DNA of 59,075 nt, filler included, from Sphacelaria rigidula (taxonomy: Eukaryota): NCBI GenBank assembly GCA_964200075.2. It is 5 parts of 5 records of this genome, joined end to end, with 100 filler letters (N's around TTAATTAATTAA, not from the genome) between each part and the next. Parts side by side here need not be neighbours in the genome. Positions count along the whole stretch, not along the records: positions 1 to 11,736 come from CAXNAA020004570.1; positions 11,837 to 23,572 come from CAXNAA020004571.1; 3 more parts are not named here. The stretch is one strand, 5' to 3'. A program made the translations under genes and the position numbers. How positions within the stretch are numbered: the first letter of the stretch is position 1; each line of letters begins with the position of its first letter. Positions 1-12,779 of the stretch are shown piece by piece. The notes beneath the pieces were generated by a model, which saw only the letters and a program-made list of their open reading frames with translations, was not told the origin of the DNA and did not search any database.

Positions 1-82
1 CCTGGGGTTTAAGCGTAAACAATCCAGTCGTTCTCGCTCATATCCCCGAGTCCTGATTTTTTTTTCCGAACTCTCTACTACT

Positions 83-218
83 CCGTAATGCCGTGTCTGA
101 TCAAATTATTTTCGTGTCGAAAACGCGTCGGTCGAATCGAATTCGCTCGTTTCTGATCTGTCCCAAGCTGATAATTTTTTCGGATGGTCGAGAACAGGAA
201 TGCAGTGGTCGTATCACG
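83..218. repeat. Dispersed repeat fragment with a diverged inverted copy at ~1597-1720
   Basis: ttttcgtgtcgaaaacgcgtcggtcgaatcgaattcgctcgtttctgat... aligns by eye with the reverse complement of ~1597-1720 (ttttcgtgttgaaaatgtgcgatcgaatcgaatttgctcctttctgat...). Confidence 0.65.
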
Positions 219-919
219 CACCACTAGATTCGATTCTAGCGTATGTTTTCGAGTGGAAAATAATTTGATAGGACACGCCTGAGAGACGGAAGCGGTCAAT
301 GTGTTGGTTGAACCGGCGGGTCTGCTCAGTCGTGCTCTACAGCTGGTTCTGAGTGGGGGTAGAGTCTGCTACTCTGCTGGAGGGGATGGAAATACCGGCC
401 GCAGATTGTTGGTTGAAGGCTGTGAGACAGGAAAGCGTCATCAGACTGTCAATATATCATTGCAAGGGCATGACAGTGTGGGTTTTTTCTCAGCGGAACT
501 TTCTACAAGGTGAGATCCATCTCATCTTCGCCGCTTCCCCTTGGCGTGGTAATCCAAGGCATTTCGGGTATAACACCCTCACGGGTTCAGTTGTTGACTT
601 ATTGCTGTATCCAATCGTGCGACGTGTACGTCATGGAAGGATGAGCTGCCGAGAATACCTCGTCGATCTCGGTTGATACTTGACGTGTTGAAGAAAGATG
701 GGACTCTGCTCCCCAAGGAAACCGAGACTGAAGAAAGAAAAAAGAGGGTGTTATCCATCGTCCCGTTTTGTGTCTACCTTATTTACACTCTAGCACAAAT
801 AACCCTGAGACAGAGACCCCCCCGCAGGTGGACTGAGTTGAACTGCGCTACATTTGGGACTCATAATTGCTCTTTCTCGCTACACAAAACGCCGTTTTCA
901 TGGGCATTTGGATCTTTGT

Positions 920-1560
920 AAGCTATATAGAAAATAGTCCCGGAGAACTCGTGACCAGTTTTTGACCCTGCAGTCATTTGCGTGCAGACTCGGCATGAAT
1001 GTGTGCAGCATGTCTTCACTGGATACAATGGCGAGAGGCAGTAAAAGTGTGTCATCGCTCTCCACTGAACACAATTTACGGCATGCTGCTGATGCCTCTG
1101 CCTAGTGCTCAACAACAACACTACAGACAGGGAGAAGCTATGCTGGTAGCACATGAGCGGTCAGGCAGGCGGCGTAGACCACAAGCAGAATACAAAACAG
1201 TTTTTTGCTCTGTACCCATGCAATCTATGGTTGATGTCCCATGATCAAAATTTGTTGTGGGGTAGATAGCGAATTACCGTAGTTCAATGCAATCCACCCG
1301 AACCGAAAGAACGTGCTCATTTTGACGACCGTGATTGGTCAGAATCATCCCGAACCTGTCGGGCCTCGTGCACGACTCATCATTTTCCGCGGGAAACTTC
1401 CAAACACTTATTGGTGATTTGGTGAGTTATTCGGCTCCTCTGCGCACAGAACTCCCCCCCCCTCCCCTCGAAAACCACACCCCCCGGCCACTGGAAACCC
1501 CCGAAATGTCTCCGGACTGTCAGCCTGTGAAACTATTCCGGGGCAACGCTCACTACCTAA
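920..1560 (+). repeat. Unclassified dispersed repeat, diverged copy of ~30877-31490
   Basis: Colinear shared blocks with the other copy, e.g. gtcatcgctctcc, ggtcaggcaggcggc, gtgattggtc, gggaaacttcc, ctggaaac. Confidence 0.75.
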
Positions 1561-4500
1561 GGGTTAAGGTCGTATCTCATCAAATATTTTTCGACCTGAT
1601 ACGTCCACGGCATTCATGTTCTCAACCATCTGATAGCGTGGGCGAATCAGAAAGGAGCAAATTCGATTCGATCGCACATTTTCAACACGAAAACAAGTTG
1701 AAGAGACGCGGCCTGATGGCAATAATAGTGCCAACAGTACTGTCTGTAGGTTGCAGTACCGTCTGTTGTACATGCAGTAGTGGTTACCCCGTAATGCAAC
1801 ACGAGCCGAGAAGGTAAACATCATTGTTAGGCTGGTCCGTTGTTTCCCAAATGAACGTAATCTCTACCTAGCTATGAGTTTGCATATGCTGCATTTGGGC
1901 AGAAGTCGAACTAATGAAATCACTGAGTTGTGTCGTGTGACCTATGTTGTGAGATACACACGCAAACGGCAAGAAAAAAAACAGCATCTTGTGCACTTGT
2001 GAGGTGTTCGGTGTGGCCGTGGCGCTCTTCCTCGCAGTGCACCGTTTTATAGCGGAGCAAGGTAATTGTCACGAGAGATCTTGATGGGTTGCGCAGACGA
2101 CGTACCCGAGTGGGGCGCTGCATCGCCGTGCTTTTTGTTATTCACTCAGGTGTCACCCGCTGGTGTACAGCCCTATCTGAATCTTCTCTCCCTGAATCTC
2201 AGCCCTAAACTCCGACTTAGAGCTTACAACGTAAAGCCGCGGAGCCGTCCTGGCTCGGCCGAACACTGGCATAGTACTAGTTCCCGGACCGTTCTTGTTG
2301 GTACTTTGTACTGAACTGTACTGACTCCCACCAGGCTGGTTGACTATATGCCCGTGAATCTACGTATGATATCTATGTCCAATACACAATCTGCACACAT
2401 AAGACCTTTTTTTGCCGCGGTACGCGGTGGTGCACTGCGCTCCCCCAAATTCACCAACATGAGGTCGTTGCCTGTAGTCTACATGACTTGCGGCCGAAGT
2501 TTCAGCGCGTTGAAGCGCTGACAGCGCGTGCACGGCCATGCCTCCTGAAGTCGGCACCTCTACAGGCGATACCAAGATGTGTTCCGCGCAGAATGTCATC
2601 ATCCACGGCGTGTCCTTATAGAGACTGATCTTTGCTTGCCGGCGCAGAAGCCGCCCAGTAGATCATGATGTGGAAATGAACGCATCCGCGTGTCAGCATA
2701 TGCATCCACACGCAGTCTGGGCCGCGAGGACTCCATTTGAAGGCGTATCGATGGCACTGCCCAAAATCCGTATTCGCTTTGTGCGTCTTGCGCACTCCCT
2801 GAAACGTGCCGCGGATCCGGGAATATGTTGTCTGTGTTGCGGGCTATCTCTGTGCCAAGTTCCGGGCCGGTTCATTTAGACACGGTGGAGAAACCCACAG
2901 GCGAAGAAACACTTCAAAAGTGGTAAACTGCAGTACAGAACCGTCGAAATATACATGAGTTGCGGTTGCGCCGCATATTACAAGCGCGGTGAGTTGCTGT
3001 ACTGTCGTACTATCCGCACCTTCTGCTACCCGCCGGCGAGTAGGACGTCAACAACGTGAGGGTCGGTGTGGGCGTAGCTGCTCGTGTGCGGCACTTAGCC
3101 CTCCCGTGCTTCCTGGTTTCAATTGAGCGGACGGCAGTGCGCATTGCAGACTGAGGCGTCGCGTAGATGGTGCTGGGTGTGTATCAGTGCGAATGCTGCA
3201 CTAGATGCCGCCACGAAAGTCAGGGTTAACAAAGGCTCACTCATTTTCACTTCGTTGCACTCACCGAAAATATATTTTTCAACCCCCTCTCATGTCTCCC
3301 AATAAGCTCTTGTCGACAAGTTTTTGGCCCTTCTCTGTCGTTGTTCGCCTGAGAATGAGGTTAAAGCGGATGTTGACACCTCTTAATGACTCCGTCTCCT
3401 CGTTGATACCGTTCGAGAGTGCCTTTCCGTCTTCCATACCATGTCACAGCTCTATTTTTGCCCGAACTTGCATTTTCAGAAACAAATGACCAAGTCAAAA
3501 ACAGAGATAGAGCGACAAAAGTTTTATCATTTTTACAACTTATTACATTCTTACTGAGCATATGCAAGTTTCGTCACAAAGAGGCCTTTGACGCACAGAA
3601 AACACCAAGGTGCTGATTTTTATTTTATTTTCACGTCAGCGACCTTGTTATTTAATATGGTGGATTCAGCCGAAAATCAATCCGCTATGGAGGTTACCAA
3701 AGCGCTCTGGCACGGTGTCGACGAATGGGAGATGTCATTCCGCGGCGTCAACATCCGCCTAACCTTCCTTTCGGCGTGAAAACACCAGACAAGGACAAAA
3801 AGGCACATGTCTACAAGATATTTTTTCTGCCATGTAAGAAGTGGCGTGAGGGTCGGGACTTGACAGTATGAATTGGGGTGGCCTTCTCCTAAAATGAAGT
3901 GTTGTTTTGTTAGGCCGAGGTCAACTGATGATGCATCCAAGAGTTACCAGTAGCCGTAGCTGCCCCGTGGGTGGCTCTCCCTCATCGCCGGGACTGCGAC
4001 GCCGGACATATTAGGGTAGTGGAATATTGAAGTAATGTAATAACGAAAACATGTGCATTGATCAACGCCGGCGAGAAACGGTCGTCGCGTGATATTCCAG
4101 CGGGTACCAGCCCCGCTATGCAAGGGACCTTCTGTGGGTAAATCTCCGAATCTTGCTCCAAAAACAAAAACCGATCCGAAAGAATGCGAGAGTGTTACTT
4201 GGAAGCAGCTGAGGTGATCCGCACATCGTTTTCGGCACGAGAACGGGTTATTCCGCAATGCTTGCTCCGATTTTTTTTTCCAGGGAGTAATCTTCTGGAG
4301 AAAGCTTCAAAAGTGCCGTGTTCCCTTTCAAAATGTGCCATGTCCTCAGCAAAAACATCTGTCATCAACTCTCAATACATCTCATGATAACTCTGTCCTC
4401 CACACCGGCCCACAAAGCTCACGCTGCGAAAATGTTCGATAAAGTGTACACCGCCGAGATAAATATTGACGGTGCACCGGCGTCGTTCGATGCCTAGCGA

Positions 4501-5024
4501 ATCATCACACTTGCAGGGGAAAACATCCGAGAGGAAACCGCTCCATTAGAACCCGTCGCCTGAGCCGCCGGCACATATGCAGATATTGCATGCAGATATC
4601 AAGTACACGGTGTCAGATACAACCGGTAGGTGAATGGCTCGAGATCAGATCGTATCTTCTACACAGTCTTAACCCATCTCCACTGTAACCCGTGGCAGCC
4701 TCGCAGAACAGGCGAAACATAGCGTGGGCGATGACGAATAAACGCACAGAGGGTCAACAAGCCTCCGTCCTGTTCCATTAGTGCACAGGGATGTCATACG
4801 TCAGGATACTACGGGACCTGGGACGGCATCGCCGAGCGACATGGCTGATCGACATAAACGGGATATCGCATCCTCGCCCACGAGGTCCAGTTTTCCGATG
4901 CACAGTCATGAGGAGGGTAAAATACCATCATGTATATACACAACATGCACCCCCTTTTCAACAAAACCCCATACTGCAATATTGGAAACACTCTAACCCC
5001 TCCGCAGACCCATACATTTTTTTT

Positions 5025-5078
5025 ATTGATTGATTGTCGCACTTTAACTGACCCCCCAGGGGTCCAGCCGTGGTCTCA
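5025..5078 (-). mobile_element. Short retroelement-like 3' end with (CAAT)n tail; related copy at ~37420-37510
   Basis: ttgattgattgtcgcactttaactgacccccc...ggtccagccgtgg matches tggttgattgtcggatattaactgatc...gggatccagccgtgg; on the minus strand it ends in caatcaatcaat. Confidence 0.45.
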
Positions 5079-5414
5079 TGATGGACGTACCCAAGACACA
5101 ACAAAAACGAAGCTGAAAGATGCTGTAAAGAGAAGGAACAGATGCATGCAACATAATTATTCCACAACCAGAAACGTTCTTATCCAAAAACGCGCTCGGT
5201 GCAGGGATATTGAGGTAACAAAAAAATGAAGCGGGACAGTGGCGGAGGGCTTCTGACACTGCTGCGCCGACTCGGGTCGTATCGCCGCTGTGAGTTTTAC
5301 ACTCTCTCAATCATCGAAAATATGCTTGATGTACCATTCCACAACGCCGTTGTCCCCGTCTACGTTCGAAACGCATGGCTGCTCCGATAAGGTACTGTAA
5401 AGATACTCACAGTC

Positions 5415-7300
5415 TTATCTCTCATTCGCCTCTGCTTCGTAGCCGTTGTCACATCCGGGTTCCACCTCATTCGCCATCACTACTTCGAACCCTTCGCTGA
5501 CCGGAACGCTCTGCGCGTCGATAGCCGGATCGCACCGCCCCTTGCACCCACACTAAATGGGCTAGCAATCCTTCCCCATCTTCGCGCACTTACAGTCGCG
5601 TTTGCGTCTGTGTTTCTCGGCCGGCGGCGGCTTGCACCCGCACACAAGACGATTTATCTTCCCCGAGGGCTCGATGCGTGCATGTCCCAACTGGTTGGCA
5701 ACAACGTTGTCCTTTGTCATGGGCGTCTCCGCGTCCTCATGTCATACTCCACCCACACTTGGTGAGGTGCGTCTAATTAGCTGTGTTAATTCGTATTCAG
5801 CCCCCACCACCGTTTCCACCGAATCAGCGTCACGGAGTGTGGGGCCCTAAACTTGGCGAGTTCATCGAAATTCCACGGTTGCGAGTTTGAAACACAGTGT
5901 ATTTCAGTCCACGACCACCCCATACTTTCGGCAGCTTTTTAGAGAGCTGATAGTCCCGAGTCCTCCAATCTTCCGCAGCGCGCCCTTCGCCGAGGACGCC
6001 GTACACAGACACTTCTACAGGTCATTCATCATGGCCGGCACGGGTCGTCCAATCCAGAATGCACCACGGTCGATATAACCAGAACGTTTCGTGAACGATC
6101 TTCGTCGCATAGCACATCGGAAGGGTACATGCATTTGGAGTTTGAGCCAACCCAAACTTGCATGAAGGTGTGCTCTGGTACGATAGGTTGGTTCTATGGT
6201 TGATGACTCCAAATAGATAGACCGTTACAGGACCCATCCAGGCGTTGTAACTTACTGTCGGGGTCCGCTATGTTGCGCCGCCCGGCGCCCGGCCGCCCAC
6301 ATCCTTCACTGTCCGCAGCCGACGCCATTTTTGCAGCTTATCACCATCATCACTTGCTTCTACCGGCTGCATACAAGAGAGACAAGGCCCACATCCCCGT
6401 CTATCATCGACACTTTTCGTCGCACTCAAGCACCAACACAACAAGGAAAGAGGCAAGAAGTACTGGCGACAGGATACGAGGGTGGACCGGTCGACAACAA
6501 AACCACCTGTCATAGGCGCCGAGTGAAATACTCCACACTGCACCACAGCAAAGAAGTACGGGACGCCAGACGCCAGCGAGAATCATAAAGATCAACGCTG
6601 TTTTCTTAGCCGCCACTGTCGCCGTCGTGGATGTCGGAGCAGCTCGAGGTGAAACTCAGTCATTATTTCTATTCTACGCGTTCATTCGTCGGGAATAGGA
6701 ACGGGATATTTGTGACTGTATTTTTGCTTGCAAACACCATGATGGAGGATAGCACAGGATATGCAGGATCATGGTGAGTAGGGCGCGAGATCTACAGGAC
6801 ATGGACGTCCAGATGAAGCAGAAAGACCACGCGGCTCGTAAAGAATTTTGGTGGTCTTCTCTTGTGTCTAGAAGATGTGTGGTGGGCACTTTCGCGAGTG
6901 CCGGCGAGCGTTGCTTGCGTAATACATGAGAAAATAATCAGTGCACCAGGGAGCAGCGCAGACAAGATTTTCGGAGACAACACCATATTCGTGAGATTCA
7001 GAGCGTACTATTGGATTCAGATTGGATGCTCTAGCGTTCGTTACAGACAACTTTTTCTTGTTTCTGTTTGAGCACACGTCCTGTGCATGCAGCTACCGTA
7101 CAGTACCCCATTCGAGGAATTCGGCGGTCTGGTTGGTGAGATACCGCACAAAGCATTTTTACGCCTGGGGGGGCATTTCGGAACTGAAACTGTTTCAGGC
7201 ACTAATCGGTTTTCCCCGAAAGAGGGGATCTTTCGTTGCAGTGGACTGACTATACGTCGTTACGATCAAGCGATGTGTCAAATTAATCGTGTAGGTGACA
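5415..7300 (-). pseudogene. Decayed ORF ending in a Cys-rich CXC-type module; possible Academ-like transposon remnant
   Basis: Minus-strand translation ~5525-5660: KINRLVCGCKPPPAEKHRRKRDCKCAKMGKDC*PI*CGCKGRCDPA, with two in-frame stops, followed by an acidic tail. Upstream boundary and superfamily are inferred. Confidence 0.35.
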
Positions 7301-7487
7301 GCTTTCATTGAAGCCACCCCTTCACCAGCTGGGCGCACCACTCCTCCAACTGTGGCGATGTCGAAATCGACGGGGAAGTCAGTTGTTTGGGATCTCACTC
7401 TGAGTCCGATGTTACTCTCTGAATCCCACGAATATAGTGTTAGACGTAGCCCACCCCCCCCTCCCGCCCCGCCCCCCCTCCCCGCGG

Positions 7488-8010
7488 AGGGCATTTCTTC
7501 GGAAACTGTCATGTTTATTTTTATTTTCATCAACTTCGTTGCAAGAGATTGATCAATAAACACCAGGTCAAGATCTATCTTCTGTTAATCTTGTTACAGT
7601 AAATTGATGAAAATACATTGACAAAACCGGAAAGTCTGGTGGGCTTCGCGAGGTTCGTGTATCTCTTCTGCTCCTTGTCCGCTCTGTCCGAATGACCCCA
7701 GAAGCCGGAGGGCAGTTTTCCGGAATCGTCGTGTTTTTTCGGGTATTTTTCTTCGAATTTTGTTGCAAGAAATTAATCAATGAAAGCTGAGACAAACCGA
7801 AAAGTCTCGTGGGCTTTGCGGGGTTTATATATTTGCTCCTGCTCCTTTCCCGCTCTGTCCCGATGACCGCAGGTGCTGCTGGGCACTTTTTCGAAAGTTG
7901 TCATGATTTTTGGATAATATTTCTGTTGACTTTGATGCGAGAAATTGATCAATGAACATTGAAAGGATCCGAAAAGTCTTGAGGACTTTGCGGGGTTTTG
8001 TATTTGCTCA
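7488..8010. repeat. Diverged tandem repeat, ~170-172 bp period, about 3 units
   Basis: Anchor ccg(g/a)aaagtc at 7627, 7797 and 7969, each followed by g(g/a)ctt(c/t)gcg(a/g)ggtt and preceded by an aatt(g/a)at-type motif. Confidence 0.75.
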
Positions 8011-11000
8011 TGTGCCTTGATAAATATGATATGATACTTGGTGTATATATTGAGGGGTAAAAAATTCATATGTATATGCACGTGAGGATTTTTACTATTA
8101 ATGTCTACGGCAGCTGACCGCATCCGCCAACGCTTCGGCAATAGAGAGTTTCGGAAAACGCTGTTTTGTCATTTTAGAGTGCAGATACCTCAGCATCATT
8201 CAGAGCGCAGAATACAAATAAAACTCATCGAAAACAAAGTCAAGGGGGTACCATATTCGACGGAGGGGGAAACATTTTTTCGTTACACTCTGATACCGAA
8301 ATACTTGCACTCTGAAATTACAAGAACGCGTTCTCCGAAAGTCTCTAATAAACCAGGGGACACACGGCTGGGTGCCCCCCCCTCCCTCCAGGGTCTGATG
8401 ACTATGGCATGCATGATCATGAGTACACCCCCCCCTCAAAAACTCAAATTCTCCATCTCGAAGACTACGTGTCCAGAATTATGTTTCTCGCTGCCCCCTT
8501 CAGTACACTGCTGCACTCGTTCTGTTCTGGTCCTGAGTAAGGATCGTTCAATGCGCGGGAGGACCGCATCGCAGTTTGAAACACCTCAGGGTCGACGTTC
8601 TCCAAAACCAATTGGGCCAGTCCCTACAGGGACCACGCCCCTGACCGTAACCCTAATCCCAACTCAAACAAAGGGTAAAATCTGACCTGATTCAAACGTT
8701 GCTCGTCCTGCCTCCCCAACTGGCATATATTGTCAACTTCAGACAGGCCCCATTGATTGCCTTTACAAAAACGCAAACTCCAGGTACTATACTAGTCAGA
8801 GCTGCCTAAAACTCTACGCAAACAGACTCTCAGCCAGACGGTAATGTGAATTAAAAGATGTCAACGGGCAGCAAAATCCTGTGCCTTGACTTTCGCAATA
8901 CTTTTACTATACTTCTCTCGTTATCGTTCTACCGACAAATCTGATCGAGAAAAACAATCAAAAAGTGATGCCGTTACACCAACAGTCGCATCTGCACACA
9001 GATTCCGTTCCGAGCTCAAACCGTTCGAAACCGTTCTTTGGCGCCATTTGGCGCGAAGAGGTTGCAAAGAGTCAAATCTCTGCAGCCCTTACCCATCACG
9101 CCAGGGCCCACAGCTGTCATTCCACTTCAGCTGCCTCGTAACACTGTGAGTGAGAAGCTTTTTTAACTACTACCGAATCCGTCCCAAGTCGGATCAGCCA
9201 GAGCGCATCAGAGGTACGGCTACCCTAAGGACAGAGTACTTTACTTGTAAAGTGTTGTGTTTCTTACGAAACCTCAACGCCTAAGCACCCGATCCTCCCA
9301 CGCATTATCACGGGATAGGTTGTTCGGAAGCAAGACTGTCAAGGAACAGCGTTCAGGGCAACCAGTATGACGACACAGCAAGCATACTAGCATGTACCTG
9401 CACAGAGCTGGGTGCGGATTGCGTGTGTTTCCCCCCAAAAATATTCCGTCGTAGGATGAGGCAAAGGCACAAGAGTAGTGGAAAGGACCAGGATCCAAAT
9501 CACCGTCCAGCGAGAATTGCGACTGATGAAGTCACAGCGAACTTGCGGCAAGTAAGTGCAAGGAGTCACGAGGTGCGGGTAAACTAAGCGCGCGTTCATG
9601 TGTTTGCGGGGAGATCTGCGCTCATGCGCTAAGCAGGCGACGTATTTTTCACAGTAGTGCAGTTGTGGTAGCTCAACTTAGCGAGTGTGATCAAGTTGAG
9701 GTCCTTCAACATAGTACCGCCAAGATTAGGGAATATGCCATCGCATTGCAGTGTGTCGCGACAAACAAGGCGTACAAGCTGGACCAGATTTAGTAACGGA
9801 TCTGTAGGTTGCAGGCCTATTGTTATGTCGATTTTGAGAGTTGGACTCTCAAATTTGGTACGAATGGACAATCGCTAGGCGATGAAGATACAAGATATTT
9901 CCTGGTGATATCATTGTACTTTTCACCAATTGAGGGCAACAAACAATATCTACTTTTTGCTGAACACCCCGAAGTCATGGAGCAAGAGGCAAACATCTCA
10001 AAGGCCCGAATTAACTCTTCTATGATGCCCTAGCGATTCGCCAAACCAAACTTGAAAGTCTAATTCTTGAAATTGAGATGAGAATGGGCGGTATGAAGCC
10101 CAGACCAGCCGAAATTCAAGTCAGGACTTTGCCGGTCTTTTCACAGCCCAGTTTCGATACATGGGGTCTGAATCACCGGGACATGATGAGAAATAGTGGA
10201 GACATGTTGATCTCTAGTTGTTTTCTTGAGTCGACGACGTCTGAGTGTAATAAGATCTATTTTCTCACGAGAACGCCATTGAGCCAGACTGCGAGGGTAG
10301 TCCATCTGGACCATGTATACTTTTTCAGAGTGAAACTGATGCCGACTCAGCAGATGACCTACTCTCGCCGCCTAAGGGTTAACTCACAAACACAAAAAAT
10401 GAAGGCCTACTCTTCTTTCGCTTGCAGTATGACCTTGCGATTCTCCATCATCGATTTCGGATCACACTTCGTGAAGGGGAGCTGACTGACTGAGTCAGGG
10501 GCCGAAAACGATTTCGATTCTTCACGCATACGTCTTGATCTCATGCAGGAGAAGAACAATCTCAAGATCCTGAAGATGTTTCGTTGTTGGCGCCCACTGC
10601 GATGCTTCATATCAGATTTCAACACCCACATCTCAAACTGAGATGTGTTCCGGTGCAGTTAGTGCCCCTGCTCGAAATATATCGAGTTGGGTATAGAACT
10701 TACGTGCGCCATATTTCTTTAGTAGATAGATAACGAATCAGGTGGAGGTGAAGGTATCGATCGTTTCCCCGTGCTTGAAGCAATGCTCACACCGAAAATC
10801 ACCATCTGCTGTACAACATATCGTTCTGGGCTCAACAAGACTCTAGTGTGGACCCCATCTCCGTGCGGTATAGGAGTTATTCGACATGGCGCTCAAGTAA
10901 CTAGAATAAAATGGCCCAGAATGTTGAGCAGATGGGCACGACCCCCTTGATTGGAAGATTGATAAGGTACGCGGGTCACGGCTCAATCCGACGGCAGCCT

Positions 11001-11736
11001 GTTTGACAAACCGACGGTTCATCTACCGCACGTAGTCCACATGTACCGCTCCAGTATCAAACTTGTCGGCCGCGCTTTCCACCCCATGTTTGGTCGGTAT
11101 TTCCGCGGCATAGGAGTCAAACATGGCGCTAGGACGGGACTTCGCGGGGCGCGCCCGACTCGGAGAATCACCGAGGCGGAGGTGAGTAGATGCATCCCGT
11201 CGCATGTGCGGAACATATCCCACATGAACCAACATGCGTTTTTTGACAGCACCAAATTTGTAATCTTCAGCTAGCTTGAGATGCACACCCATACGACGCC
11301 ATCGTCCACCTCGACTTGTCCTATATCGATCGCGATGGCCATACCCGGGCTCAGTATTGTGCGACTTGTACAAGAGATGGTCTAGATCCTCGTCGATTTT
11401 CAACAACACGAGGTCACGGTTTCAGTACTTTTCACGCACAACAGCGGACATTTGCCTCTCAAATCCCTCGCTTTGGAGGACCTACGTTGCATGGGCAGCG
11501 AACTGAAAGACATGCATGCGACGCTTGTTCCGGCGCTATGTATCCGTCCCGTCCCAATCGCCCATGGCGGTACCGCTCTTGAGACCACCACGGCAACCAC
11601 AAGGTGTTGGGTTCCACAAGCTACGATCACGAAAATAGCCATCGTTCCTTCATGCGATACGAATTGTCCGCGTTGAATGACAAAGCGAGGTGTTTCTCTA
11701 GTTTAGGGGTTCCCCGTCCATGTTGACGATCTCCCT

Positions 11737-11836
11737 NNNNNNNNNNNNNNNNNNNNNNNNNNNNNNNNNNNNNNNNNNNNTTAATTAATTAANNNNNNNN
11801 NNNNNNNNNNNNNNNNNNNNNNNNNNNNNNNNNNNN
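11737..11836. other. Artificial contig spacer
   Basis: N44-TTAATTAATTAA-N44; the linker places stop codons in all six frames. Confidence 0.98.
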
Positions 11837-12779
11837 ATGCTTTCGCTGCCGTGCAGAAACTTCTGTGTTAGGGGCACATGGTCGAAAGCGTTTGCGAATC
11901 CCGAGCCTTTTGAACGAAGTAGATGAAATTCCGATGGCCCGTTGAACCTCGAAAACGAATCCAGGCTGTTCATTACAGACTGCCGGTACTGTACTGTACA
12001 CGAGTGGCCATGCACCGTTTCACGATTTTCACTGTTTTTTTCGATCGAAAGCTTGAAAATCCATCCGCACCAAACTGCATCAACACGGGAAAATTTCGCT
12101 CAGATCGATTCCACCGCCTCATTTTTTCGATTGAAAAGAAGAGTGCTAAGACAGGCCCTGAGAGGGATGATGAGTCACGAATGCTCTGGAATTGGACGTT
12201 CGCTGACATTTCCGGTTTCGTGCTGATGAAGAGTCAAGAAACTTGTTTTGGGCGAACATTTGAGAATGTGGCGCTAGCTATCGATTTGTTACTCGAAGTG
12301 ACGCAAGTAGCGTGATTGCATGTTCATGACGGACGATACTTTCTTTGGATCTCTTGCGAGTTGTTCGGAAGTGGGGCAAGCTTGTATGGAGCTGTTGTCG
12401 AAAGGAGCGGAAGTGATTGCTATTCTTTGCGGAAACGACGGTACTATCAGGCACCAATGATGTCTGAGTTTGTCAAGCTCTGGTGTAAGTACTTGTTGGT
12501 AGTAGAGAGCTTTGGGGGTGCTGTAGACTCTAGCCACCATTGTTACTTAAGGTTAGGGACATTGTGTAGGTGGAGTTGCGGGTCTGATTACCGGACTCTG
12601 TGATGGGTGTCCTCCATGACGAGGAGGCTTGGCTTTACTACTCTGGTGGAGAGAGGCTATGGCCCTGTTCTCCTGTACTCTGCTGGGGGTTAATACATGA
12701 ATACCTAAAGCTGCTGAAATCCATGTGCCCGTGATGGGAGGAGTCCACATGGCGATCTGATCTTGAGTGACAGAGGTCT

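Noticed and set aside
9200-11000. Continuation of the Gypsy pol (RT/RNase H/integrase)
   Set aside because: It is on a different contig and I found no RT or integrase motifs on either strand.
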